Shown piece after piece: positions 51,463 through 60,703 of a DNA stretch of 64,000 nt (its first letter is position 1; each line of letters begins with the position of its first letter). Source of the stretch: an uncultured Planctomycetia bacterium (GTDB lineage: Bacteria > Omnitrophota > Gorgyraeia > Tantalellales > Tantalellaceae); contig CAZGQR010000001.1 of assembly GCA_964527765.1 (NCBI GenBank), positions 25,961-89,960 on the forward strand, read 5' to 3'. The translations under genes and the position numbers were made by a program. Below the pieces are notes generated by a model, which saw nothing but the letters and a program-made list of their open reading frames with translations, made no database searches and was not told where the DNA came from.

Positions 51463-52440
51463 TTAACGGCACAGTATGACATCTCCGCTGAAGACCCTTT
51501 GAAATATCCCGCTATCCGTCCTGATGATGAGGGCCCCTTTTTCGTCTATATCAACCGCCAGCCCTTCGATCGGACGATGATGCTCCGACACCTTCACCCT
51601 CTCCCCCAGGACCAGCGACAGGGCCTTGCACTCCTCCCGCAACGAGGCGAACCCGTCTTTTTTAAATCTCAAATAGTTATCCTCAAGTTCCTCCAGCATG
51701 CATTTCATAAATCCCGTCCGGCTTACATCGCGGGAACATTCGATCTTCAGGCTCGTCCCTTCGGGCGGAAGCTTCTCAGCAGGCGTATTAACGTTTATCC
51801 CGATACCGAGGACCAAGAAATCCACAATGTCCGGCTGGGCCTTGATCTCTGTCAATATCCCGCACACCTTTCCGCCCCTGATCAATATATCATTAGGCCA
51901 TTTCATCTTTGCTTCCAGCCCGCAGATTTTCCTGATAGCCCTGATAATGGCCGTCGCTGCAATAAGAGTGACCGCGGGCACTTCATCCGCCTCCGCGTCG
52001 GGACGCAGGATGACCGAGAGATATATGCCTCCTCCTTTAGGCGAAGCCCATTTCCTGCCCATCCTTCCTTTGCCGCGTGCCTGCGCCTCCGCTATGACAA
52101 GCGTTCCTTCCGGCTCGCCGCCTTCGGCCAGCTCGTAAGCCCTGTCATTCGTCGAATCTATGCCTTCATAATAATGTATGGACCCTTTTCCGATCGTCCT
52201 AGTCCGCAGGCCGCTTGAAATATCGTACCCGTACATCTTATCCGGCGCGGACTTGAGCCTGTACCCCAGATGAGGGACAGCTTCTATTACATAACCGTCA
52301 GAGCGCAGTTTGCTTATATATTTCCATACGCCGGCACGTGAAAATCCCAACGCGCTCGAGATCTCCTCTCCGGAGATAAAATCCCCCTCGTTCCCGCGAA
52401 AAAAACCTATTATCTTTTTCTTGACCTCAAACTCTTTCAT
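51463..52440 (-). CDS. birA: Biotin--[acetyl-CoA-carboxylase] ligase with an N-terminal HTH (BirA)
   Basis: 325 aa with an HTH, a BPL catalytic core (GRGKGRMGRKWASPKGGGIYLS) and a C-terminal domain. Confidence 0.85.
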   Translation of the reverse strand: MKEFEVKKKIIGFFRGNEGDFISGEEISSALGFSRAGVWKYISKLRSDGYVIEAVPHLGYRLKSAPDKMYGYDISSGLRTRTIGKGSIHYYEGIDSTNDRAYELAEGGEPEGTLVIAEAQARGKGRMGRKWASPKGGGIYLSVILRPDAEADEVPAVTLIAATAIIRAIRKICGLEAKMKWPNDILIRGGKVCGILTEIKAQPDIVDFLVLGIGINVNTPAEKLPPEGTSLKIECSRDVSRTGFMKCMLEELEDNYLRFKKDGFASLREECKALSLVLGERVKVSEHHRPIEGLAVDIDEKGALIIRTDSGIFQRVFSGDVILCR

Positions 52441-52442
52441 GT

Positions 52443-53051
52443 TTACCCTACAAGCACGCGCATCAATATTCTCACAAGCGGAATGATAACTTTATCGAAA
52501 AGCCCCAGATACAAAAACGCTATAAGTATGATAAACCCGTATGGTTCAATGCGCATGAAACGTCGTGCCAGTTCGAACGGCAATATCGAAGAAACGATAT
52601 TTGCGCCGTCAAGCGGAGGTATCGGTATCATATTGAATATGCCGAGAACAAGGCTGATCAGGATCCCGTAAAGCAAAAACGTCCACAGCGCGGAATATGG
52701 CGGGAACAGGCCCGTCTTAAAAAGGATCGCGAACAGGACGGCAAGACCAAAATTCGCCGCCGGGCCGGCGAGGCTCGTAAGCAGCATCCCCTTCCTGGGG
52801 TCGGCGAAATTGTAAGGGTTCACCGGGACCGGCTTGGCCCATCCGAATATCACAGGTGAACGCATCATGATCAAAAACGCCGGCAGTATGATAGTCCCTA
52901 CCGGGTCCGCATGAGCAAGAGGATTAAGCGTAAGCCGACCGGCGTCCCGGGCGGTCGTATCCCCCAGCCTGTAAGCGACATATCCGTGCGCAAGCTCATG
53001 CGCCACGATCACTATAATGAAAACCGTAACGGAAATAATCGCGTTGAGCAT
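52443..53051 (-). CDS. Site-2 protease-family (peptidase M50) membrane metalloprotease
   Basis: 202 aa with the motifs HELAHG and NMIPIPPLDG. Confidence 0.8.
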   Translation of the reverse strand: MLNAIISVTVFIIVIVAHELAHGYVAYRLGDTTARDAGRLTLNPLAHADPVGTIILPAFLIMMRSPVIFGWAKPVPVNPYNFADPRKGMLLTSLAGPAANFGLAVLFAILFKTGLFPPYSALWTFLLYGILISLVLGIFNMIPIPPLDGANIVSSILPFELARRFMRIEPYGFIILIAFLYLGLFDKVIIPLVRILMRVLVG

Positions 53052-53054
53052 GAT

Positions 53055-53234
53055 CTATCTGATGGTATATCCGGTGCGCTTGAGCGCCTTGTCCAGCCTG
53101 CCCAGCGCCTGGCTCACCGTCCTTCCCTCGGTAAGATTGCTCTTGCAGATAACGGCGTATCCTTTGCGATTCTTGATCTTGAACTTTTTTACCTGAGACA
53201 TCGGAATCTTCTTGAGCTTTTTCTGTTTCCCCAT
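53055..53234 (-). CDS. Unannotated small basic protein (59 aa), not in ORF track
   Basis: The RBS GGAGGAAAA precedes ATG at 53232-53234. The translation is MGKQKKLKKIPMSQVKKFKIKNRKGYAVICKSNLTEGRTVSQALGRLDKALKRTGYTIR, ending at a TAG stop at 53055-53057. It is tightly packed between the S2P and HD-GYP genes. Confidence 0.4.
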   Translation of the reverse strand: MGKQKKLKKIPMSQVKKFKIKNRKGYAVICKSNLTEGRTVSQALGRLDKALKRTGYTIR

Positions 53235-53245
53235 TTTTCCTCCTT

Positions 53246-53962
53246 TTATCGCCTCCCCTTTATCCCCATATCCTCCAGGAAGATCTCTATATCCCGATTG
53301 GCCTCCCAGATCCTCCTGATCTTCTCTCTCTTTCGGATAAACGCTCTGACAACAGCAGGATCAAAATGCCCTCCGGATCTTTCCCTTACCATGGAAACCG
53401 ATCTTTCGAAATTATACGCCCTTTTATAGGAGCGCTGTGACGCGAACGCGTCGAAACAATCCGCAAGGGCGACGATCCTTCCGTAAAGAGGTATGTTCTC
53501 CCCTTTAAGTCCGCGCGGATATCCGGATCCGTCAAATCGTTCGTGGTGCGTCAGCGCGATGGTCCTGCAGGCGCGCATCATAGGGGACTTCGCGTTCTTG
53601 AATATCTGGGCGCCGACCTCGGGATGCCTTCTCATGAGCTTCTTCTCCACGGGGGTCAGCTTGCCCTTCTTCTTGAGGATCTTATCGGGAAGCATGACCT
53701 TGCCGACATCGTGCATGGGGCTTGCATATCTTATGACCGCCACCTCCTCCTTCGGCAGGCCAAGACCTTCAGCTATCGTGGCGCTGTAGTCGGCTATCCG
53801 GACAAGATGGGCCCCGGTGGCCGGGTCACGAAATTCCGCCATCAGCGCCAGACGGAACACCATTTCCAGGTGGGAATTCTTGAGCTTATTGTAGGCCTTT
53901 CTCAGCTCCTTATGGGTCCTCTGGAGCTTATCGCAAGTATCCCTCTTTGTTTTTCTGGCCAT
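53246..53962 (-). CDS. Stand-alone HD-GYP domain phosphodiesterase
   Basis: 238 aa with the motifs HDVGK...HHERFDGSGYP. Confidence 0.8.
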   Translation of the reverse strand: MARKTKRDTCDKLQRTHKELRKAYNKLKNSHLEMVFRLALMAEFRDPATGAHLVRIADYSATIAEGLGLPKEEVAVIRYASPMHDVGKVMLPDKILKKKGKLTPVEKKLMRRHPEVGAQIFKNAKSPMMRACRTIALTHHERFDGSGYPRGLKGENIPLYGRIVALADCFDAFASQRSYKRAYNFERSVSMVRERSGGHFDPAVVRAFIRKREKIRRIWEANRDIEIFLEDMGIKGRR

Positions 53963-53981
53963 ATTCCGTTTCTAATTGCCG

Positions 53982-54923
53982 TCAATCGAGCTTTTTCAGG
54001 TATTTATAATAATCGCCGTCAGTAGTAAGGATCACCGTGGTATTCTCATCCACCGTACTGCTGTAAGTCTCCAGCGTCTTTAAAAAGGAATAAAACTCGG
54101 GGTCCTTGCTGTATGACTCCGCGTATATGGTGACCGCCTCTGCATCCGCCTTTCCGCGTATGCCCTGCGCTGTTCTATACGCTTCCGACGTGATAAGCTT
54201 CAGTTCCTTTTCCTTCTGCCCCTGGATCTCGGCGCTTTTACCGCGCCCTTCGGAACGGTACATTTCAGCGGCGCGCTTTCTCTCGGATATCATCCTCTCA
54301 TATACTTTTTTCCTTACCTCTTCGACATAGTTGATACGTTTAATGCGCACATCGACCAGTTCTATACCGTACTGCGGCGCGATCTCCTCGGCACGGTCAA
54401 GTATCTCTTTTTCCAGTTCGTGCCGTCCGACCTTTATCCTTTCCAGTGCCTCCTCGGCGATCGCGACGATCTGATCCGCGTCCTGCAAGTCGAGAATACG
54501 GTTCGAATCCCTTATCGTCTCAACAAGCAGATGGCTTGTTATCACGTCCCTTGTCGCGGAATTGACGATGTCATCCAGCCGGGCGTGCGCGCCTCTTTCG
54601 CTGCCAACGGACTGCAGAAACTTCAGCGCGTCGACTATTCTCCATCGCGCGGTCGTATCGACCCAGATATACTTCTTATCCCTCGTGGGTATCTGGTTGG
54701 GGTCGCCGTCCCACTCAAGAAGCCTCTTGTCAAAATAATGGGCCTGTTGAATGAACGGCAGCTTGAAATGCAATCCCGCTTTTGTCACGGGGTCTCCGAC
54801 AGGCTTTCCGAACTGTGTAATGACCACCTGCTGTATCTCGGAAACGACATATACCGCTCCGGTCAAAAAAGCTATCCCCAGTATGACGGCTAAAGCTATG
54901 ATCATTCTCAGGAATCTTTTCAT
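53982..54923 (-). CDS. hflC: SPFH/band-7 protein, HflC-like
   Basis: 313 aa with an N-terminal TM helix and an SPFH domain, downstream of the hflK-like gene. Confidence 0.75.
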   Translation of the reverse strand: MKRFLRMIIALAVILGIAFLTGAVYVVSEIQQVVITQFGKPVGDPVTKAGLHFKLPFIQQAHYFDKRLLEWDGDPNQIPTRDKKYIWVDTTARWRIVDALKFLQSVGSERGAHARLDDIVNSATRDVITSHLLVETIRDSNRILDLQDADQIVAIAEEALERIKVGRHELEKEILDRAEEIAPQYGIELVDVRIKRINYVEEVRKKVYERMISERKRAAEMYRSEGRGKSAEIQGQKEKELKLITSEAYRTAQGIRGKADAEAVTIYAESYSKDPEFYSFLKTLETYSSTVDENTTVILTTDGDYYKYLKKLD

Positions 54924-55927
54924 CTCGCTTCTCCTCCTCCTTCGTCAAGTTTCAAGAGCGGCAATATCGAGGTCTGCTTCGGGTCTATGACAAACTTTCT
55001 CTTCACCCTGGGAAGAACATCTGACATCGTTTCCAGATAAAGCCTTTTTTGCGTTATATCAGGCGCTTTTTTATACTCCTGCCACGTTACCATAAACCTT
55101 TCCGCTTCCCCCTTCGCGCGGTTGACCCTATCCAGACGGTATCCTTCAGACTGTCTTATGGTCCTCTCGGCCTCGCCTTTAGCTCTGGGTATCGCCTTAT
55201 TGTAAGCTTCCCAAGCTTCGTTTATCATGCGTTCCCGTTCCTGCTTGGCCTCGTTTACCTCGTTAAAGGCCGGCTTTACTTCATCCGGAGGATTCACGTC
55301 AAGCAACTTCACCGTTACGACAGTTATCCCCGTCTGATATTTATTCAACAGCTTTTGAAGCTCCAACTGTGCCTGGTGGGCTACCTCCTGCCTCTTGGTG
55401 GTAAGCACCTCGTCCACGGTATAATCTCCGCAAAGACGCCGCATGACCACCTCCGACATGGCCCTGACATTGTTGACCGGATTTCTGGTCTTGAACATGA
55501 GTTTGACGGGGTCGTCTACCCTGAACTGGACTATCCATCGCACATCCAGGATATTCAGGTCACCCGTGAGCATCAGGGATTCGTCGGTAAACTGTTTTAC
55601 GGCATATACGCTTCTTACCCCCGGATGCGCGGTCCTGAACCCGAACTCTTCCTTGAATATCTTTTTTACCTTGATGGGTGTCACCTTTTCGATGCCGAAC
55701 GGTAACTTGACGTGAAGCCCGGGCTCCGTCGTCCGGACAAACCTGCCGAAACGCTGGATAACGCCTACCTCGTCCGGCCCTATGGAATATATGGTCCCCT
55801 GCAGGGCGAAAATAATAAGAAACACGGCGATCACGACCGGGATATACTTGCCGTAATCCTTCCCCATCTGTTTTACTTTCCTTGCCTCATCCTTGAAAAG
55901 ATCCTCCGGTGAACGAAAATCATCCAT
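54920..55927 (-). CDS. hflK: SPFH/band-7 protein, HflK-like
   Basis: 335 aa with a TM helix and an SPFH domain (GVIQRFGRFVRTTEPGLHVKLPFGIEKV). It has a 4-nt overlap with hflC. Confidence 0.75.
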   Translation of the reverse strand: MDDFRSPEDLFKDEARKVKQMGKDYGKYIPVVIAVFLIIFALQGTIYSIGPDEVGVIQRFGRFVRTTEPGLHVKLPFGIEKVTPIKVKKIFKEEFGFRTAHPGVRSVYAVKQFTDESLMLTGDLNILDVRWIVQFRVDDPVKLMFKTRNPVNNVRAMSEVVMRRLCGDYTVDEVLTTKRQEVAHQAQLELQKLLNKYQTGITVVTVKLLDVNPPDEVKPAFNEVNEAKQERERMINEAWEAYNKAIPRAKGEAERTIRQSEGYRLDRVNRAKGEAERFMVTWQEYKKAPDITQKRLYLETMSDVLPRVKRKFVIDPKQTSILPLLKLDEGGGEAR

Positions 55928-55977
55928 ACCTCAACCTCCTCTATTAAAATTTGGTCCTCTGGTTAATAAACCGTCCG

Positions 55978-56397
55978 CTATTTTACGACCCTGAACGAAT
56001 GAAAACTTCTCCAGCTCTTATTCCCGCCGCGGTACACCTGTCTCAGGGACCATGTATAAACACTGCCGCTTTCGAACATATCCGACGGCACATCTATCCC
56101 GTAAGTGCCCGCGTAGACTTTCTGCTTGTACATCAAGGTCGACTGGATCATGTTGAACCCCCTGTACAGCCTGAAATCGTAATATTTCCTTTCAAAACGG
56201 CTGCCTTCATGGGGGCTCCACTTAAACTCCAGAACGCTTTTTCCTGTCAGATCCACCGTTTCCGCAATGGGTGAAAGCAGCCTGGGCTCCGGCGCATAGT
56301 CGCGCGTTCCTCCCACCCTCACTTCAAAGCTTTGCGCAAACGCACAGAAAGCGATCAAAAGCCCTGTAACAAGAACTGCCGGACCGAACTTTTTCAT
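55978..56397 (-). CDS. Hypothetical secreted protein
   Basis: ORF track 55978..56454. The likely start is MKKFGPAVLVTGLLIAFCAFAQS, a signal peptide. Confidence 0.4.
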   Translation of the reverse strand: MKKFGPAVLVTGLLIAFCAFAQSFEVRVGGTRDYAPEPRLLSPIAETVDLTGKSVLEFKWSPHEGSRFERKYYDFRLYRGFNMIQSTLMYKQKVYAGTYGIDVPSDMFESGSVYTWSLRQVYRGGNKSWRSFHSFRVVK

Positions 56398-56459
56398 ATG
56401 ATAAGAAAGAGAACAAGGGCGATACTGACCTATAAGTGCCGGCCGAAGGACCAAATTTT

Positions 56460-56536
56460 TGGTAGCGGGGGACGGACTCGAACCGTCGACAACACGGGTA
56501 TGAGCCGTGCGCTCTAACCAGCTGAGCTACCCCGCC
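56460..56536 (-). tRNA. tRNA with CAU anticodon (elongator tRNA-Met, or tRNA-Ile2 if lysidine-modified)
   Basis: Minus-strand 77-nt cloverleaf GGCGGGG-TA-GCTC-AGCTGGTTA-GAGC-G-CACGG-CTCATAC-CCGTG-TTGTC-GACGG-TTCGAGT-CCGTC-CCCCGCT-A-CCA. It lacks the three G-C pairs of initiator tRNA. Confidence 0.8.
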
Positions 56537-56603
56537 ACTGTAAACAAATCCTGAACAAGAGTTTTAATTATATTTCAAAGATACCGGTTTGTCAATTAAA
56601 GCG

Positions 56604-57680
56604 CTATTCAAGAACTTCTTCTATCCACCCGCCTCCCGCGACTGTCTCGCCATTATAAAAAACAGCCGCCTGGCCGGGTGTCGGCGCGAACTGCGGCTTT
56701 TCAAATTGCACTATCACATCATCGTCACCGCAGGGCGTGACGACCGCTCCCGCTTTCTTGCTGTTATACCGTATCTTCGCCTCGAAACTCTTCGGCCCGT
56801 TGAGTTTCTCTTCCGTCAGCCAGTTGAGCCCGGTTATCCGTATTTTTCTGTTCATCGCCTCAAGTTTGCCGCCGACCGTTATGGCATTGTTCTCGGGATC
56901 TATTTTCAGCACGTACACGGGTTCCGGCATGCCCAACCCGATGCCCCGACGCTGCCCGACAGTATATGAAGCTATGCCCTTATGTCTTCCGATCACTTTG
57001 CCTGACGCGTTCAGTATGTCCCCGGACAGGAACGCGCCTGCGCCGAGTCTATTCAGATATTCGCGGTACCCGCCTTCAGCCGTCGCGAAACACACATCCT
57101 GGCTTGACCGGCGCCCGGCCGACATGAAGTTCCGGTCCTCAGCGATCTCCTTCACCTTCTTCCCGTCGAATTCCCCCAACGGGAATTCGATAAAGGGCAG
57201 CGTTTCCTTCGGAATATCATAAAGAAAATACGATTGGTCGCGCCACTTGTCCCTGGCTTCGGCCAGACAACAGTTCCCGCCAGCCTCCACAATACGGGCA
57301 TAGTGCCCCGTAGCTATTTTTTCAGCGCCCAGCTCCTGCGCCTTCCTGAAAAGGTAACCGAACTTTATCTTGCTGTTACAATAAATGCAGGGGTTCGGGG
57401 TCCTGCCCCGGGCATATTCCTCTACAAAATAACTTTTGACCTCCCTGGAAAATTCCTCGGACAGGTCGATAACATAAAACGGTATTTCCAGTTCCTCGGC
57501 CACGCTGCGCGCGTATTGGACCGCCTCAAGAGAACAGCACAGTTTATCCCATCCGATGCCGCATTCTTCCTTCGGCCACGTTTTTATGGTGACCCCTATG
57601 GGGTCATGCCCTTTTCTTTTAAGCTCAAACGCCGCAACGCTTGAATCCACTCCTCCGGACATCGCCACAACAACGCGCAT
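56604..57680 (-). CDS. mnmA: tRNA-specific 2-thiouridylase
   Basis: ORF track 56604..57752. The likely start is MRVVVAMSGGVDSSVAA, the PP-loop motif. Confidence 0.9.
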   Translation of the reverse strand: MRVVVAMSGGVDSSVAAFELKRKGHDPIGVTIKTWPKEECGIGWDKLCCSLEAVQYARSVAEELEIPFYVIDLSEEFSREVKSYFVEEYARGRTPNPCIYCNSKIKFGYLFRKAQELGAEKIATGHYARIVEAGGNCCLAEARDKWRDQSYFLYDIPKETLPFIEFPLGEFDGKKVKEIAEDRNFMSAGRRSSQDVCFATAEGGYREYLNRLGAGAFLSGDILNASGKVIGRHKGIASYTVGQRRGIGLGMPEPVYVLKIDPENNAITVGGKLEAMNRKIRITGLNWLTEEKLNGPKSFEAKIRYNSKKAGAVVTPCGDDDVIVQFEKPQFAPTPGQAAVFYNGETVAGGGWIEEVLE

Positions 57681-57685
57681 AAAAG

Positions 57686-58687
57686 TCACCTTTCTGCCAG
57701 GTATTCTGCCGCGCCCCCGGAAAAACTCACCTTTTCCTGTCCGCCGGGACACTCTATCGCAATGATCGAGACACCATCCATAGTATCGGCAAGCGCTATG
57801 GCCTTTTCCCTGCCCATGGCCATCATCCCGGTTGCGAGGGCATCCGCTTCAGTGCAGGTAGAAGCTATAACGGTAACGCTGGAGGGGATCTCCCTTCTGG
57901 CTTCATCAACGGACGGGTCAATGATGTGCGATACGATCTTGCCTGTATTTCCGTCAACGATCACGTTCTCATAATCCCCGCTTGTCGCAACAGCCATGTT
58001 CCTGATGCTGAGCGTGACCGCGATGTTCAGCGCCCCGGGCCTTCTCACGCCGATCTTCCAGTCCCCGCTCTTCTTCCCGGTCCCGCAATAAATATCTCCC
58101 CCGGCGTTGATCAAAAATACCTCTATCCCTTCATTCCTTAAAAAGGCGGACATCTGATCAACGATATATCCCTTGGCGATACCTGAAAGGTCTATCCACG
58201 CTCCATTATGCAGTGTGATGCTCCTCCCGGCGGGATCCAGCGTAACGTTTTTCCATCCTACCCCGCTAAAGCCCTCAGGTATCCTGTCGCGGATCTCCGC
58301 CGGCATATTCCCGTAAAAACCGTCCGCCTTAAGCACGGGCGCCACTGTTATATCGAACTCGCCGTCGGTTATGCGACCCGCTTTACTGGCCTTCATGACC
58401 AGGTCGAATAGTTCCGGTGATGTTGTCCGCACCCCCGCGATATTGAGCGCGTTCACTTCGCTCTCCGGGTCAAAGATGCTGAATTTTTTCTCGAGCTCTC
58501 GCGCCCTGCCCAGGGCCCTGTCCGCGGCCTTGGCAAGTTCCGCCCGGTCACGCCCCGGCGCGGCGACCTTGACCTGCACGAACGTGTCCATGAGCGCCGC
58601 AGTGCGGGAATAGGCGTCTTCTTTTCCGGTCCGCGAACAACCGGATAATAAAATGACGCCGAAAAATATGCAGATGACGCGCTTCAT
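57686..58687 (-). CDS. apbE: FAD:protein FMN transferase (ApbE family) lipoprotein
   Basis: 333 aa with a lipobox (LLSGCS) and ApbE motifs. Confidence 0.8.
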   Translation of the reverse strand: MKRVICIFFGVILLSGCSRTGKEDAYSRTAALMDTFVQVKVAAPGRDRAELAKAADRALGRARELEKKFSIFDPESEVNALNIAGVRTTSPELFDLVMKASKAGRITDGEFDITVAPVLKADGFYGNMPAEIRDRIPEGFSGVGWKNVTLDPAGRSITLHNGAWIDLSGIAKGYIVDQMSAFLRNEGIEVFLINAGGDIYCGTGKKSGDWKIGVRRPGALNIAVTLSIRNMAVATSGDYENVIVDGNTGKIVSHIIDPSVDEARREIPSSVTVIASTCTEADALATGMMAMGREKAIALADTMDGVSIIAIECPGGQEKVSFSGGAAEYLAER

Positions 58688-58697
58688 GCCGCTTTTT

Positions 58698-59885
58698 CTA
58701 CCCGATATCCCTGATTATCCTCTCTACATCCACATATTTTTCGATCATGTCTATGACCATTTTCACCTTATTCTCGTCCCTGGATTTTATCTTGACCGTG
58801 AGGTCGTGTACCCGGGAAGCTACATCGTACGTATTGAACCGCGACATGAGCGTCGGGATATCCGTCTTCTTGAGGGTGTTGTAGATCCGCCTTTTGGGGG
58901 TATGTCCTCCCGAAAGTATCAGGCCGGCTATTCTCTTGGGCCCCTTGAGGCGCCCCGTGTGGACCTTTATCAAAAGGTTTATGAGATCCCCCCTGTTACC
59001 CGGGGTTATGACCAGGCAATCATCCTCGATATACTGCGAGGCTTCCCGCACGTCCATGGCCCCCACCAGCACTTTTCTCATCTGCTTGTACAGATATTTT
59101 TCACCGCACAGCACGTGCATATCCAGTTCTTCGCGGAGATCGCGCATGGTCGGTATGTCCAAAAGCTCCACATACGGCATGACCCCGAGCACCGGGATCC
59201 CCAGCCTGTTCAAGCCCTTCCTGACATACTTGTTGACCTTATCATATTTATGAGGCATCACCTTGTTCACGACAACGCCGGCGAGCTTGACCCCTTTGCT
59301 GTCAAACAGGGATTTGTTGAGCATCACTTCATCTATGGGGTTGCCTATCCCTCCGGGCGCCACAAGGATCACTTTTGAGTTGAGCATTTTCGCTACCGCG
59401 GCATTGGACAGGTCAAATACGGACCCGACACCCGCATGGCCGGTACCCTCTATGATGACAAAATCCTTATCTTCCGCCACGCGGCTGAACGATTCCCTGA
59501 TGCTGGTGACGGCATTCAATGTACCTTTTCCGTCGAGGAACCTCTCGGTGTATCCTCTTTCGACCGCAACGGGCGACATGTCGTGAAGGGGGAACTTAAA
59601 CTTGAATATGCGTTCTATCAGGACCGAATCTTCATCGACCTTATATCCCTTCTCCAGCATATAACGCTGTCCGACCGGTTTTATAAAACCCATCTTCTTG
59701 AAACGGTTCCTGAGCGTGGCAATAAGCCCGAGGGATACGGTGGTCTTGCCTACATTCTGCCTGGTAGCAGCTATAAATATGCGCCTGGTCCTTCTTATAC
59801 CGAAGATCTTTTCCCAGGTTTCCGCGTAGGACTTCATAGGGGCTGACCTTTCAGAAATGTATTTGTTGACCCGAAAACCGACCAT
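58698..59885 (-). CDS. P-loop ATPase + DRTGG domain protein (resembles the N-terminal two domains of phosphotransacetylase)
   Basis: 395 aa with a P-loop (ATRQNVGKTTVSLGL) and a DRTGG-like region (LVITPGNRGDL). There is no PTA_PTB catalytic domain. The start overlaps the panB stop (TAATG). Confidence 0.6.
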   Translation of the reverse strand: MVGFRVNKYISERSAPMKSYAETWEKIFGIRRTRRIFIAATRQNVGKTTVSLGLIATLRNRFKKMGFIKPVGQRYMLEKGYKVDEDSVLIERIFKFKFPLHDMSPVAVERGYTERFLDGKGTLNAVTSIRESFSRVAEDKDFVIIEGTGHAGVGSVFDLSNAAVAKMLNSKVILVAPGGIGNPIDEVMLNKSLFDSKGVKLAGVVVNKVMPHKYDKVNKYVRKGLNRLGIPVLGVMPYVELLDIPTMRDLREELDMHVLCGEKYLYKQMRKVLVGAMDVREASQYIEDDCLVITPGNRGDLINLLIKVHTGRLKGPKRIAGLILSGGHTPKRRIYNTLKKTDIPTLMSRFNTYDVASRVHDLTVKIKSRDENKVKMVIDMIEKYVDVERIIRDIG

Positions 59886-60691
59886 TAAGAAAACGAGTGC
59901 TCATCGTCAGGAAAAACACCCGATTCGGTCTCTTTTTTAAACTCCTCGATCGCTTCTTTTATTACAGTGTTGATATTTGCGTATTGTTTTGCGAACTTCG
60001 GGACGAACTTGTCAAAATAGCCTACCACATCGTGCGTGACCAGCACCTGCCCGTCGCAATGTTTCCCCGCGCCTATACCGATGGTCGGGATCCCAAGCTT
60101 GCCCGTGATCCTCTTTGCCAGTTTTCCGGGAACGCATTCCAGGACAATAGCAAAACATCCCGCCTTTTCCAAGCGGATCGCGTCATCAATAAGTTTTTTC
60201 GCGGTCGCGGGCCGCCTGCCCTGAACCCTGTATCCTCCAAGCTTATTGACGCTTTGCGGGGTGAGGCCTATGTGACCGAGAACGGGTATCCCGGCATCTA
60301 CTATGGCCTTTGCGCGCGGACAGACCTCCCTGCCTCCCTCGACTTTCACCGCCTCACACCCGGCTTCTTTCACGAATCTTCCGGCATTCCGCACCGCATC
60401 TTCATCGCTGGCCTGATATGACATGAACGGCATGTCACCGATCAAAAAAGCGCGCTTTATCCCCCTGCGCACGGCGCTCGAGTGATGGATCATCTCATCC
60501 ATCGTCACGCTGATGGTCGAATCATATCCAAGCACGACCATGCCCGCGGAATCACCTACCAGCACCGCGTCGATACCGGCCGAATCCACAAGCCGCGCCA
60601 TGGGATAATCATAGGCGGTAAGCATGGTGATCTTCTCGCTGTTCCGCTTCTTCCTCTTAAAATCCAACACGGTCACTTTATCTTTGGCCAT
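59885..60691 (-). CDS. panB: 3-methyl-2-oxobutanoate hydroxymethyltransferase
   Basis: 268 aa with the motif MLTAYDYPMARLVDSAGIDAVLVGDS. Confidence 0.9.
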   Translation of the reverse strand: MAKDKVTVLDFKRKKRNSEKITMLTAYDYPMARLVDSAGIDAVLVGDSAGMVVLGYDSTISVTMDEMIHHSSAVRRGIKRAFLIGDMPFMSYQASDEDAVRNAGRFVKEAGCEAVKVEGGREVCPRAKAIVDAGIPVLGHIGLTPQSVNKLGGYRVQGRRPATAKKLIDDAIRLEKAGCFAIVLECVPGKLAKRITGKLGIPTIGIGAGKHCDGQVLVTHDVVGYFDKFVPKFAKQYANINTVIKEAIEEFKKETESGVFPDDEHSFS

Positions 60692-60703
60692 GGGCCTCTC
60701 CGG

